NCBI GenBank assembly: GCA_049322215.1
Contig: JBMORU010000001.1
Span: forward strand, 324,023 to 388,022
Origin: Patescibacteria group bacterium
GTDB taxonomy: Bacteria; Patescibacteriota; WWE3; UBA101185; UBA10185
DNA: 64,000 nucleotides
Direction: 5' to 3'
In this document: in pieces, positions 18,595 to 29,049 of the stretch
Position numbering within the stretch: the stretch's first letter is position 1
How the letters are laid out: each line of letters starts with the position of its first letter
Made by a program: the position numbers and the translations under genes
Notes under the pieces: model-generated
The model's database searches: none
The model's input: the letters and a program-made list of their open reading frames with translations, nothing else
What the model was told of the DNA's origin: nothing

Positions 18595-20304
18595 TTGGAG
18601 CATTTGATGTTTAGTATTGCAAAAAAGAAACCGGAATTAAAAATAATTAAGTTAGGTGCAGAAGTTGGCGCAACTAAAAACTTAACCGTATATGAATGTG
18701 GTGACGATATTATTATGGTTGATTACGGTATAGGATTCCCTGACTCAGACTTACCTGGAGTTGATGTTGTTATACCTGATTACACTTATTTAATAGATAA
18801 TCAGGAAAAGATACGTGGTTTGATTATAACACATGGGCATGAAGATCACTTCGGCGCAGTTCCATACTTATTAGAAGAAATAAACGTTCCCATTTATTGT
18901 AGCGATTTGGTTGAAGGTTTTATTAGAAAAAGAATTGAAGATCGAACCAAGGGGGATGTTTCTGGAGTAAGTTTTCACAGGCTTGCTGCGAATGAACCCG
19001 ATATAGTATTGGGTAACTTTTCAATAAGCGCTTTCAAGGTTAATCACTCCGTTCCAGGCTCGCTAGGCATTGTAATACGCACACCACAAGGAACTATTTT
19101 ACATATGGCTGATTATAAAGTTGATTGGTCGCCTGTTTTAGATGATCCCATCGATTTAGGGCGCATTGCCGAATTAGGTGATGAGGGTGTTTTGTGTTTA
19201 TTATCCGACTGTTTAGGTGTTACTCATGAGGGTTATTCGGCTTCAGAAAAATCCCTTGCGGCCACTTACGACAGAATAATTGGCAACGCTGAAGGAAAAG
19301 GAATATTTATTACTACTATTTCTTCAAACATTTCCAGAATGCATCAAGTTATTGAAATAGCTATAAAGCATGGAAGAAAAATAGTTTTTGATGGAAGGTC
19401 AATTAAACAAAGTGCAGAAGTAGCAATAGCCTTAGGTTACTTTCCTTTTGCTGAAGATATATATGTGGATATAAAACATACTGACCAATACCGACGTGAC
19501 GAACTATTATTTATAGTTGCAGGTTGTTATGGTCAACCAAATTCAGCCCTTTACAAACTTGCCCATAACGAGCACAAATATTTAAGTTTAGTTGATAACG
19601 ATTTGGTAATATTTTCTGCTGACCCTGGTCCACCAAGCTCATATGAGCCAGTAGAAAACATACTACACTTTTTAACTGTTGCAGGGGCAGAAGTTATTTA
19701 TAGTGCTATTCAAGAAAATCTTCATGTTTCTGGGCACGGGATGCGTGGTGATTTGCAACTTGTTGCCGCCACTGCACGTGCAAAATTTCACATACCAATT
19801 GGCGGTACTGCTGCCAAAATGCGTGCGTACACACATATGATTGAAGAGTTAGGGCACGATGCTGAAACTGTTTTTGAATTATTAGAAGGCGAAACCGTAG
19901 TTTTTAATGACGGTTATGCTGAAAGATCAAAACCAGTGCCTGTACGCCAAATTTACGTAGATGGTCAAAGTGTTGGAGAAATAGGAAACGTAGTAATAAA
20001 AGACCGTGAAAAACTATCTGACGAAGGTTTATTTGTTGCCGTGGTTCCAATAACCGAAGACGACTCAGGTTTTCAGGTGGCGGGTAAAGTACAAGCTATA
20101 ACCCGAGGATTTGTTTATGTAAAAGAATCAAAAGCACTAATTGGACGTGCTCGTGACATAGTTTATAAAACAATAGATAAAAACACTTCTAGTGTAACTA
20201 CCTGGCAGGCCATGAAACCTTTAATTGAAAAAGATTTGGCTAAGTTTTTGTATGCAGAAACAGGTAGAAGACCCTTAGTAGTAATATCCGAAGTGCGAAT
20301 ATAA
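18595..20304 (+). CDS. rnj: Ribonuclease J (metallo-beta-lactamase/beta-CASP RNase)
   Basis: HGHEDH motif plus beta-CASP and a C-terminal domain; RNase J-like N-terminus (KIIKLGAEVGATKNLTVYECGDDIIMVDYG). Confidence 0.85.
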   Translation: MEHLMFSIAKKKPELKIIKLGAEVGATKNLTVYECGDDIIMVDYGIGFPDSDLPGVDVVIPDYTYLIDNQEKIRGLIITHGHEDHFGAVPYLLEEINVPIYCSDLVEGFIRKRIEDRTKGDVSGVSFHRLAANEPDIVLGNFSISAFKVNHSVPGSLGIVIRTPQGTILHMADYKVDWSPVLDDPIDLGRIAELGDEGVLCLLSDCLGVTHEGYSASEKSLAATYDRIIGNAEGKGIFITTISSNISRMHQVIEIAIKHGRKIVFDGRSIKQSAEVAIALGYFPFAEDIYVDIKHTDQYRRDELLFIVAGCYGQPNSALYKLAHNEHKYLSLVDNDLVIFSADPGPPSSYEPVENILHFLTVAGAEVIYSAIQENLHVSGHGMRGDLQLVAATARAKFHIPIGGTAAKMRAYTHMIEELGHDAETVFELLEGETVVFNDGYAERSKPVPVRQIYVDGQSVGEIGNVVIKDREKLSDEGLFVAVVPITEDDSGFQVAGKVQAITRGFVYVKESKALIGRARDIVYKTIDKNTSSVTTWQAMKPLIEKDLAKFLYAETGRRPLVVISEVRI

Positions 20305-20398
20305 ATTCATTTTTACTCATAACAGTTACCTCAAGATAATTCTATGGGTTTATAACAAAAAGGGATTTTTTGCCTTACATTTGCTAATATAAGTCCAC

Positions 20399-22669
20399 AT
20401 GGCACGAAGAGGAAGAAAGAAAGCAATCAAATTAAAAATGAAGCCAGATACGGCTAAATCTATCCTGTCTATTATTTTAATTGTTACAGGAGGGTTAGTG
20501 CTAGTATCTTTTATTACTCCTGACTACGCAATAAATTCTGTAATTCAAAAAGGCATTCGCGGTTTATTTGGCATAACTTCTATATTTTTAACCCCAGTTT
20601 TAATTGTTTGGGGTCTAATTTATATTCCATCAATAAAGTGGAAGTTTGCAGAACTACGTGTTTTATTTGGCTTATTGGCCTTACTAATTGGATCAAGCGG
20701 TTTGGTGCATACATTTTATAGTAGAGAGGACGCTAAGAGCATAGCCCAAGACGGTTTAGGTGGTGGTTTTGTTGGATACTTAATATCTAAGGTTTTAATA
20801 AATACGCTTAGTATATACGGGGCTGTTTTAATTTTATTAGCCTTTTTAGTAGTTACTCTTATATTTATCTGGGATAAGCCTTTAGATGAATTAATGTCCC
20901 GTTTACCTTCAAACTTGGGTTTTTTGAATAAGCTTAAGTTTAAGCGCAAAGCTAAACTTTCTGGTGAAATGGCAGAAGATGCGCATCAAGACGAAATTAA
21001 AATAAGCACTGGCGTGGCAGAAAGCGCTGTAGAAGTAAACTCTCACCCTGAAGAGGCTAAAAAACCAGCTAAAAAAGTCGTAGAAGAACCTTCTTTTGAA
21101 GTAATTCCTTCAATGGCAGAACCGCAGGCAGGTCTTGTAGTTCCTCAGCTTCCAACGGGTACTGAAGGTATAGCGCTTACTCCAAATTTGCCTTATAGCG
21201 ATAGAATTTGGGAACCACCTCCACTAGACATACTAAACCCACCATCAAATGCACCAGTTGACAGAGGAGATGTAAAAGCACGTGCCAAAATAATTGAAGA
21301 TACTTTAAGGTCATTTGGAATAGAGATTTCTGTAAAAGAAATAAATTATGGGCCTTCTGTAACTCAATACGCTCTTGAAACTCCTTCTGGAACAAAAATA
21401 GCTAAAATATCTAATTTACAATATGATTTGGCATTAGCATTAGCTTCACCTACAGGATCAGTACGTATAGAAGCTCCTATTCCTGGAAGATCTCTAATTG
21501 GTATCGAAGTTCCTAATAATAATCGTTTAGTAGTCAATTTTAAAGAAATTCTTACGTCTGATGCTATGAAGGGAAATAAAGCTCCTTTAGGTATTGTGCT
21601 AGGAAAAGATGTAAGCGGAGCTTCTAAAGTTTACGATATAGCAAAAATGCCTCACCTACTTGTTGCAGGAGCTACAGGTTCTGGTAAATCTATATTTTTG
21701 CAAAGCATAATGTTTTCTCTATTATTTAAAAAAGGGCCTGATGAAGTTAAATTCATACTGGTAGACCCCAAAAGGGTTGAATTAGTTTATTACCAGGATA
21801 TTCCCCATTTGTTAACTCCAGTCGTAACAGATAGTGAAAAGGCTCCTTCTGTTTTTGGTTGGTTAGTAGATGAAATGGAACGTCGATACAAGTTGCTAGA
21901 AGCAGCTAGAGTGAGAAATATTGTTGGATATAATGAAAAATCGGGTTTTCAGGCTATGCCTTACATTGTAGTTATAGTTGACGAAATGGCTGAAATAATG
22001 GTTAGAGACCCTGCTGCTGTAGAAAAAAACATCATTAGACTTGCGCAGTTATCTCGTGCAACGGGAATTCATTTAATCTTGACAGTACAGAGACCCTCTA
22101 CAAATATTATTACTGGTTTAATTAAAGCAAATATACCTTGTCGTGCTGCTTTTAATGTTACTAGCCAGGTAGACTCTAGAGTTATTATTGACCAGCCTGG
22201 TGCGGAAAAACTTTTGGGTAAAGGAGACATGCTTTTTGTTCCACCTGATGCATCTAAGCCGGTTCGTTTACAAGGGTCTTTTATAGACGAAAAAGAAATC
22301 AATCAATTAGTGTCTTATTTAAAAAGCACTGGAATGCCTCCTTCTTATAATGCGGAAATTTTATCAAAGCCGCCTATTGATACAAATAAAAGTATTTCTG
22401 CCGGGGGAGACGCAACTGATGATTTGTTTGATGATGCCGTAGAAGTGGTTGTTACTGCAGGTAAAGCGTCTGCATCTTTGTTGCAAAGACGTTTATCTAT
22501 TGGGTATGCTAGAGCTGCCCGTATTTTAGATGAACTAGAAGCTAAGGGAGTTATTGGACCTGCAAGAGGCAGCAAACCAAGAGATGTTTTAATGAGTGAT
22601 ACCTCTGCAACCGATCCATTAAGTGATACACTTGACACCGAGATTGAAGATCTTACTTTTGACTCATAA
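20399..22669 (+). CDS. ftsK: DNA translocase FtsK/SpoIIIE
   Basis: N-terminal TM helices, a linker, a motor domain (GATGSGKS, VVIVDEMAEIM) and a C-terminal gamma (winged-helix) domain. Confidence 0.85.
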   Translation: MARRGRKKAIKLKMKPDTAKSILSIILIVTGGLVLVSFITPDYAINSVIQKGIRGLFGITSIFLTPVLIVWGLIYIPSIKWKFAELRVLFGLLALLIGSSGLVHTFYSREDAKSIAQDGLGGGFVGYLISKVLINTLSIYGAVLILLAFLVVTLIFIWDKPLDELMSRLPSNLGFLNKLKFKRKAKLSGEMAEDAHQDEIKISTGVAESAVEVNSHPEEAKKPAKKVVEEPSFEVIPSMAEPQAGLVVPQLPTGTEGIALTPNLPYSDRIWEPPPLDILNPPSNAPVDRGDVKARAKIIEDTLRSFGIEISVKEINYGPSVTQYALETPSGTKIAKISNLQYDLALALASPTGSVRIEAPIPGRSLIGIEVPNNNRLVVNFKEILTSDAMKGNKAPLGIVLGKDVSGASKVYDIAKMPHLLVAGATGSGKSIFLQSIMFSLLFKKGPDEVKFILVDPKRVELVYYQDIPHLLTPVVTDSEKAPSVFGWLVDEMERRYKLLEAARVRNIVGYNEKSGFQAMPYIVVIVDEMAEIMVRDPAAVEKNIIRLAQLSRATGIHLILTVQRPSTNIITGLIKANIPCRAAFNVTSQVDSRVIIDQPGAEKLLGKGDMLFVPPDASKPVRLQGSFIDEKEINQLVSYLKSTGMPPSYNAEILSKPPIDTNKSISAGGDATDDLFDDAVEVVVTAGKASASLLQRRLSIGYARAARILDELEAKGVIGPARGSKPRDVLMSDTSATDPLSDTLDTEIEDLTFDS

Positions 22670-22693
22670 ATTTAGTGTTAATATACAAAAGTT

Positions 22694-23401
22694 ATGATTA
22701 CTGTAGGTGAACTTTTACGTTCCCAACGCGAAAAGAAAAAATTAACATTGGATGATATTCATAAGTTTATAAAAATTCATCCAAAGTTTTTGCTAGCCTT
22801 AGAAGAAGGTAACTATTCTGTGTTTTCGGATAAAGTACATGCGAAAGGTTTTTTAAAAAATTACGCTGAGTTTTTAGATTTAAATGTTGATGAAGTTTTA
22901 GCTTTTTGGCGTAGAGAGTATGGTGGGGAATTTGACAAAAAGACAACCTCAAAAGGGGCGGAGTTTGATTTAAAACCTTTACATTCAACCAAATTGGCTT
23001 TTACACCGGGTGTTATATTTGCATTTCTTTCAATTATTTTGGTGCTTGGGTTTTTTGGTTATTTATTTTTTCAATATAGCACTTACTCAGGCGCCCCAAA
23101 TTTAGAAGTGTATACTCCTGAAAACAATGCAGTTGTTTCTAGCGATTTAGTTGATATAACAGGTTTAGCTGAAAGAGATTCTGTATTATCTATAAATAAT
23201 CAGCGTGTTGTACTAAACACTGATGGTAGCTTTGCCACCACACTAAAGTTAAATGAAGGTCTAAACACACTCAACATACGTGTAGTCAATAATTTAGGGA
23301 GAGAAACAGAAAAAGTTTTGACTGTTATTTATAGACCAAATTTATTAGAAGTTACAGAAGTTAAGGAATCTACCGAGTCTTCGAGTGCCGTAGAACTTTA
23401 A
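22694..23401 (+). CDS. RodZ-like cytoskeleton protein (XRE-type HTH, TM helix, extracytoplasmic domain)
   Basis: N-terminal HTH (LTLDDIHKFIKIHPKFLLALEEGNY...HAKGFLKNYAEFL), a single TM helix and a C-terminal beta-rich domain. Confidence 0.6.
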   Translation: MITVGELLRSQREKKKLTLDDIHKFIKIHPKFLLALEEGNYSVFSDKVHAKGFLKNYAEFLDLNVDEVLAFWRREYGGEFDKKTTSKGAEFDLKPLHSTKLAFTPGVIFAFLSIILVLGFFGYLFFQYSTYSGAPNLEVYTPENNAVVSSDLVDITGLAERDSVLSINNQRVVLNTDGSFATTLKLNEGLNTLNIRVVNNLGRETEKVLTVIYRPNLLEVTEVKESTESSSAVEL

Positions 23402-23467
23402 GTTTACAAAGTGATGCCAAGCTAAAGTTTGTTGACGTGGTTGACTGAAAGTGCGACCATTTAAGTA

Positions 23468-23761
23468 ATGTCCGACGCCTCGCTTTATACTGATAAAGAT
23501 AACATAGAAACAATTTCTTCTTTAACTAGTGGTTTAGTTGTTGAATCAGAATCTGACACTAATGCACACCGAAGATCTGTATTATTTAACTTATTTACTA
23601 GTGTAGGTAGGTATACATTGCTTTTCATTATGTCTGCAAGTTTTTTGGTCTTAAGTGCGGGTTTAATGCTAGGTGAAAGCGCTTCTAGACTTAAGTTACA
23701 GGTCACCCTTAGTGGTTCTGGTTACCCTAGAATTGCTAATATAATTGTTACAGAACTTTAA
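23468..23761 (+). CDS. Small hypothetical membrane protein (97 aa)
   Basis: ORF with one TM helix and no motif. Confidence 0.35.
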   Translation: MSDASLYTDKDNIETISSLTSGLVVESESDTNAHRRSVLFNLFTSVGRYTLLFIMSASFLVLSAGLMLGESASRLKLQVTLSGSGYPRIANIIVTEL

Positions 23762-23775
23762 TGTAAACTTTACTT

Positions 23776-24813
23776 ATGGATTTACTGCCCTACAAAGAAA
23801 ACACAGCGAGCATTAACCATATTTTAATTCAGAGCTTTAATGCAATTGGTTTGCTAATTTTAATTTTTACAGCCTCTTCAGGTTTACTAGTGCTTAGTGG
23901 ATTTTTAACTTTTAAAAACAGTGTTCTTGATATGCAAAGCGTACAAAGTGAAGTTTTGGGGGCAAAAACATGTTCTGCCAACTTTAAATCAGTAAGTATG
24001 CCCCTAACGGGTTTAGCAGACTCTTACGTTACCATGGAAGGCCGCAAATTTGATTTAGAGGGGGGTCTTTATCCCAATTCCCAAAACAAATATTCAGTCG
24101 AACACGAGGCCTTAGGTTTGATGGTCGCTAATGAAGTAAGAGAAAACGAAAGTAATTTTGGTATGCTTGCTATTGGTGGTGATTCAGCATCAAAAATATT
24201 CACACACTTTATTCCTTTGCTTGCTACCGACTTGAGTGTTAACTCTAAGTTACACGTGATAAATGGTGCTTATGCAAATAGCACAATTTTGAGTTGGGCA
24301 TCTTCAGAAAATACAGCTGTTTGGGATAATGCTGTTAAGCATGTATATGATGCTGGAATTTCTCCCGCTGACGTTTCCATACTGTGGATTCAAATGGAAC
24401 CTGATCCATTTTTATTACAAACAGTTGAGTTTCCTAAAAACATAACGCTTTATAGTGAAAACTTGTCTAAAATAATGTCTACTGCGTTAGAAAATTTTCC
24501 AAGTATTGAGTTGGTCTATGTAACAAGCAGCTATCGTAATTATAGTTACGACAAAAATGTTCTTTCAGAGCCTGCATTTTTTGAAACGGGCTACGGGGTT
24601 AAGTCATTTGTAGCAAATAATTTGCATAATACATCTCCGTGGGTTTCTTGGGGCCCTTATTTATGGAGTAATTCGTCTGACTGGTCTGCAGCAAACCTAG
24701 ATACAGACTGCATATCTTTATCAAATAAGGGCGCTGCAATACTTAGTGAAACTTTAGTGTCCTTCTTTAAAGCAGATAAAGTCTCTTCTTTGTGGTTTTT
24801 AGATAGCAATTAG
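23776..24813 (+). CDS. Hypothetical exported/bitopic protein (345 aa)
   Basis: N-terminal TM/signal anchor and a large N-x-S/T-rich domain. No motif recognised. Confidence 0.5.
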   Translation: MDLLPYKENTASINHILIQSFNAIGLLILIFTASSGLLVLSGFLTFKNSVLDMQSVQSEVLGAKTCSANFKSVSMPLTGLADSYVTMEGRKFDLEGGLYPNSQNKYSVEHEALGLMVANEVRENESNFGMLAIGGDSASKIFTHFIPLLATDLSVNSKLHVINGAYANSTILSWASSENTAVWDNAVKHVYDAGISPADVSILWIQMEPDPFLLQTVEFPKNITLYSENLSKIMSTALENFPSIELVYVTSSYRNYSYDKNVLSEPAFFETGYGVKSFVANNLHNTSPWVSWGPYLWSNSSDWSAANLDTDCISLSNKGAAILSETLVSFFKADKVSSLWFLDSN

Positions 24814-24834
24814 TCAATAGACGCTATTGTCATC

Positions 24835-24865
24835 TTGACTTAGCCTAAGTTGGCCGTGGTATACT
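24835..24865 (+). promoter_or_regulatory. Putative extended -10 promoter (TTGACT ... TGgTATACT) ahead of the DUF948/YtxH/T4CP operon
   Basis: TTGACT at 24835-24840, TGgTATACT at 24857-24865, spacer 19 nt (a little long). It is the only promoter-like signal in the 130-nt gap before a run of tightly packed or overlapping genes extending to 32574. Confidence 0.35.
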
Positions 24866-24943
24866 TTTTAAAGTAGAAAGGTTACTGCCCTAACCCGTTT
24901 TGACTTTTAATTAAGTTTCTACTGGCCAAAGGCTAGATAAATT

Positions 24944-25231
24944 TTGGATATACAGGTAGTTTTAGTCATTTTATTAGCTCTTCTTACTGTCAATCTTCTT
25001 GTTGTCGGTGTTTACGTAGTTTTAGTTTTAAAAGAATTTCGCGAAACTGTAAAAAAGGCAAATGTAGTTTTAGATGATGTTGAAGCAGTTACCTCTACTG
25101 TAAGTAAAACTTTTTCCAGCCCAATTTCTACTTTAATCGGAGTTGCCACTGCTGCTTTTCAAGGTATGAGGGCAGTAAAATCTTTAGGATCTATAAGTAG
25201 TTTAGCGGGTAGTGACGAGGAGGAAGATTAA
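24944..25231 (+). CDS. DUF948-like small membrane protein
   Basis: N-terminal TM followed by a VRETVKKANVVLDDVEAVTSTV-type coiled segment, characteristic of DUF948 proteins that pair with YtxH. Confidence 0.55.
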   Translation: MDIQVVLVILLALLTVNLLVVGVYVVLVLKEFRETVKKANVVLDDVEAVTSTVSKTFSSPISTLIGVATAAFQGMRAVKSLGSISSLAGSDEEED

Positions 25232-25656
25232 TGTCTAAAAAACATACTCACGATGATGGAAGTTTTCATTCATTTGTAAATGGTGCAGTATTTGGTGCCA
25301 TTGCAGGTGTTGTATTAGGTGTTTTGTTTGCCCCAACTTCAGGTGTTGAATCGCGCAAAAAGTTAAAAGAAGTTTCAGACGATGCAGCTGAAAAATTTGA
25401 TGAGGTTAAAATAGCTGCAGAACCTTTAATTGCAGAAATAGAACAAAAAGTTGCCCCAGTAATGCAAAAAGTTAAAGAAGCTGAGGGTCCAATTAAATCT
25501 GAGGTTTTAGAAAGAGTAGCTCAATTGGTGGAAGAAGTAGATGTTATGACCGATGGAGCCGTTACTGAAAAAAAAGAAAAATTACAAAGCACTAAAGCTA
25601 AATTCTTTAAAAACACAAAAAAGTCCGAATCTGATCCTTCTCAAGAAAACGCTTAA
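25231..25656 (+). CDS. YtxH-like protein
   Basis: GAVFGAIAGVVLGVLFAPTSGVESRKKLKE is the YtxH glycine-zipper/APKSG motif. The stop overlaps the ATG (taATG). Confidence 0.6.
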   Translation: MSKKHTHDDGSFHSFVNGAVFGAIAGVVLGVLFAPTSGVESRKKLKEVSDDAAEKFDEVKIAAEPLIAEIEQKVAPVMQKVKEAEGPIKSEVLERVAQLVEEVDVMTDGAVTEKKEKLQSTKAKFFKNTKKSESDPSQENA

Positions 25657-25673
25657 AATGCTAGAATTGTCCT

Positions 25674-26582
25674 ATGCAGGACTTGCCCACAGATAACACA
25701 AACAATAATAATTCTGGTAGTCAGCACCCAAACCCATTTTATATTGATGATAGTACAGAAATTGATTTAAACTCTACCCAAGAGCAAGTATCTACGCTTA
25801 AACATGAAAGTGCTGTTGAACCTACTCCACCGACTGTTGCAGAACCTGTGCCTTCCCCTGATCCTACTTACATAAATCCTCAACCCGTTGTTGTTGCCGA
25901 GCCAGTACCTTCGGCACCTATACCTGCAGTACCTATACCCGTGCCCGAACCTGTTATACCAGAACCCTTGCCATCAGTGCCTTCCCCACCTGAGGTTTCT
26001 GCAATGCCCAGTATTTCAAGTACTACTATAGAAAATTCTGCCCCCAATGATTTTACACAAGAGAATGTTCCCGAGTGGATGCAAGTGCAACCAATAGCAG
26101 ATAGTAATATGCCTTCTCCCGATGAAGAAGAGGGTTTACTTGAGGACGGAAATCCGTTTGCTGAACCCTCAGATACCGCTGTGTCTCAGCCACCTGTTAC
26201 GCCTCAAACCCCTATAGTATCTAGCACTACAAGTGGAGGTTTAGAAGGAGTTGGAAGTGAAAGCTTAAGTTCATTTGCACCTGTTGAATCAGTACCTGAA
26301 GCTCTACCAAGCGAACTTGCCCCCGAGGTTTTGAGTACGTCTGAATCTGCAGAGTTTCAAACTCCGGCACCCGCAGCACCAACACCAGCCATGCCTCAGC
26401 AAGCGCCTGAAAATATTGTTCCTCAACAAATGCAAGCTTCTGATTTACAAGGGCATTTAATAGATAAAAGAACCTCCCATGAGCAGCTACACGAGGTTTC
26501 TAGCGTAGATCCTACTACCAAGTGGGCTGACGAAGAAGAGGAAGAGTTTATAGTTGGGGTAGAAGAAGCCCATAAACACTAA
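25674..26582 (+). CDS. Proline-rich, acidic, predicted intrinsically disordered protein (302 aa)
   Basis: Low-complexity PxPxP/EPVP repeats, no TM helix, acidic C-terminus (DEEEEEF). The stop codon overlaps the ATG of the downstream ATPase (TAATG). Confidence 0.55.
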   Translation: MQDLPTDNTNNNNSGSQHPNPFYIDDSTEIDLNSTQEQVSTLKHESAVEPTPPTVAEPVPSPDPTYINPQPVVVAEPVPSAPIPAVPIPVPEPVIPEPLPSVPSPPEVSAMPSISSTTIENSAPNDFTQENVPEWMQVQPIADSNMPSPDEEEGLLEDGNPFAEPSDTAVSQPPVTPQTPIVSSTTSGGLEGVGSESLSSFAPVESVPEALPSELAPEVLSTSESAEFQTPAPAAPTPAMPQQAPENIVPQQMQASDLQGHLIDKRTSHEQLHEVSSVDPTTKWADEEEEEFIVGVEEAHKH

Positions 26583-29008
26583 TGCAAGATATAACCACAA
26601 TATTCACGCTTTTGATAATAATAATTATTGTAGTTGGCGTTATAGCAGGTATTGTTACTTTTTTACTAAATAAAAAGCGCCGCCAATTAGAACAAAGCGA
26701 TCAATATAAATTAACTTTTTTACAGGTAAAGGTGCCTCCTAGTGATGAAAGCGAAATAAAGGTAGCAGAAAGTTTATTTTCTAGCTTAATGGGTATTTCG
26801 TCTAGTAATGCCTCATGGTTATTAAAGGGACATAGTCGTGTGTCTTTCGAAATTGTATCTAATACAGAAGGCATAAGCTTTTATGTTGTTGCCCCAGATG
26901 ATATTGCCGTGCTCGTTGAAAAACAAATAAACGGAGCTTATCCCGATGCTGAAATAGACATTATAGATCCCCAAGAAGTATGGGATAGAGGTGAGTATAC
27001 TTCAGTAGCCGAGTTAAGACTAAGTGGGCCTCACTACTATCCAATAAAAACTTATGAATCTCTAGGGAGCGATTCGTTAAGTGGCATTACTACAGCCATG
27101 AGTAAGTTAAAGCCCGATGAAGTGTTAGCCTTACAAGTAATTATAAAACCAGCCGGGGACTTTTGGCGTGACAGAGGTAGCCAATATATTTACGATGTGA
27201 AAAACAAAGCATCTGCAACAGAAAATTCAGCACCGGTAGACCAAAATTTAGTTCAAGGCATAGAAAAGAAAATATCTAAACCTGGTTTTTACACAACTAT
27301 ACGTGTAATTTCTATAGCCAAAGATCGTTTTTCTGCAGAAAGTAATGTTACAAACTTAACTAATGCGTTCGAGCAATTCACGGACCCCACATTTAATAGG
27401 TTAACACGCAAAAGTGTGAAAACAGCAATTTTTATTGATGACTTTATATACAGACGTCCTAATTTCACGGACATTCGCATACCTGGTTTAGGTTGGCAGA
27501 TCAAAAGAAACACATCGGTATTAAACATTGAAGAATTGGCAACTATATTTCATTTTCCAAACAAAAATGTTAAAACACCAAGCATTAATTGGCTGCGTGC
27601 GCGTAAATCTTCGGCGCCCATTAATTTACCTACTGATGGCTTATATTTAGGACAAAGTTTATTCAGAGGTGTTTCTACAGATGTTTACATTAAAGATAAA
27701 GACCGTAGGCGCCATATGTATATAATTGGACAAACAGGTACAGGTAAATCTGAGTTTTTAAAGGGTATGGCTTTACAAGATATTGTGAACGGTGAGGGGC
27801 TTGCAATAATAGATCCACACGGTAGTGCTGTAGATGACATAATGCAAAAAATCCCAAGAGAACGGGCTGAAGATGTTGTTTTGTTTAATGCTTCAGATAC
27901 CGAAATGCCTATTGGTTTAAATGTTCTTGAGTGGAAAGACGAGCGCGAAAAAAACATTATTATTAACGCTTTTATTGGCTTGCTAAAAAAACTTTATGAT
28001 CCTAATAATCAAGGTGTTGTGGGGCCAAAACTTGAACGTGCCGTTAGAAACGTAATGTTAACCGCAATGTATGATAAAGACTCCACTTTAATAGATGTGT
28101 TGCGCTTACTAATTGATTCTGAATATTCAAAGAAGTTTTTTCCTTTAATTAAAGATCCTCTTGTAATGCGTTACTGGACAGATGAAGTAGCAAAAACAAG
28201 TGATTTTCATAAAAGTGAAACCATGGGATATTTTGTTTCTAAGTTTGACAGATTTATTACCGAAAGATCTATGCGAAATATGTTAGGCCAACCACATTCG
28301 TCACTTGACTTTGAATACATTATGGAAAACAAAAAGATTTTATTGGTCGACCTTTCTAAAGGTAAAATAGGTGAGGAAAATTCAACTTTCTTGGGATTAA
28401 TTATCGTTCCACGTATATTAACTGCCGCCTTAAAAAGAGCACAGGTGTTGGCAGAAGGGGGAGATTTTCCTGATTTTTACTTATATGTTGATGAGTTTCA
28501 AAACTTTGCAACTCCTGATTTTGCCACAATTTTGTCGGAAGCACGAAAATATAAACTAGACTTGATAGTTGCTAACCAATTCATAGGGCAACTAACCGAA
28601 GGAATAAAAGATGCAATATTTGGTAATGTAGGTACTTTGGTATCTTTTCGAGTGGGTATTGATGACGCAGATTATTTGGAAAAGCAGTTTGAGCCTACAT
28701 TTATGTCAAATGACTTATTAAATAATGCCATGGGTAACTGCTATATGCGTTTGCTTATCGATGGACATCCCTCAGAACCGTTTTCAATGCGTGTAGATTG
28801 GGATGCAGATCGAGATGATATTTCTACAAAATATGTAAACATTGATAAAAATATTGAAATGGCAAGATATATTCGTCAGCTATCAAGGCAAAAATACGGA
28901 AAGTACTTTGCAGATGTTGAAGCATTTATTCAAAAGCGGGCTGGTTTTGATACACCTCCTCAAATGCCAGAACCTCCCAAACCCAAAAGGCGACGCCCTG
29001 CATTTTAG
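26582..29008 (+). CDS. TrwB/TraD/VirD4-family (type IV coupling protein-like) P-loop ATPase with one N-terminal TM helix and a roughly 350-aa extra N-domain
   Basis: Collinear with TrwB motifs: HMYIIGQTGTGKSEFLKGMALQDIVNGEGLAIIDPHGS resembles HLLVNGATGTGKSVLLRELAYTGLLRGDRMVIVDPNGD. Walker B region FYLYVDEFQNFATPDFATILSEARKYKLDLIVANQFIGQL resembles LWLFIDELASLEKLASLADALTKGRKAGLRVVAGLQSTSQL. Recalled from memory, no alignment run. Confidence 0.7.
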   Translation: MQDITTIFTLLIIIIIVVGVIAGIVTFLLNKKRRQLEQSDQYKLTFLQVKVPPSDESEIKVAESLFSSLMGISSSNASWLLKGHSRVSFEIVSNTEGISFYVVAPDDIAVLVEKQINGAYPDAEIDIIDPQEVWDRGEYTSVAELRLSGPHYYPIKTYESLGSDSLSGITTAMSKLKPDEVLALQVIIKPAGDFWRDRGSQYIYDVKNKASATENSAPVDQNLVQGIEKKISKPGFYTTIRVISIAKDRFSAESNVTNLTNAFEQFTDPTFNRLTRKSVKTAIFIDDFIYRRPNFTDIRIPGLGWQIKRNTSVLNIEELATIFHFPNKNVKTPSINWLRARKSSAPINLPTDGLYLGQSLFRGVSTDVYIKDKDRRRHMYIIGQTGTGKSEFLKGMALQDIVNGEGLAIIDPHGSAVDDIMQKIPRERAEDVVLFNASDTEMPIGLNVLEWKDEREKNIIINAFIGLLKKLYDPNNQGVVGPKLERAVRNVMLTAMYDKDSTLIDVLRLLIDSEYSKKFFPLIKDPLVMRYWTDEVAKTSDFHKSETMGYFVSKFDRFITERSMRNMLGQPHSSLDFEYIMENKKILLVDLSKGKIGEENSTFLGLIIVPRILTAALKRAQVLAEGGDFPDFYLYVDEFQNFATPDFATILSEARKYKLDLIVANQFIGQLTEGIKDAIFGNVGTLVSFRVGIDDADYLEKQFEPTFMSNDLLNNAMGNCYMRLLIDGHPSEPFSMRVDWDADRDDISTKYVNIDKNIEMARYIRQLSRQKYGKYFADVEAFIQKRAGFDTPPQMPEPPKPKRRRPAF

Positions 29009-29049
29009 GTAGTATGGACTTATTCTCCTAACTGTGAAAAAATATTTGT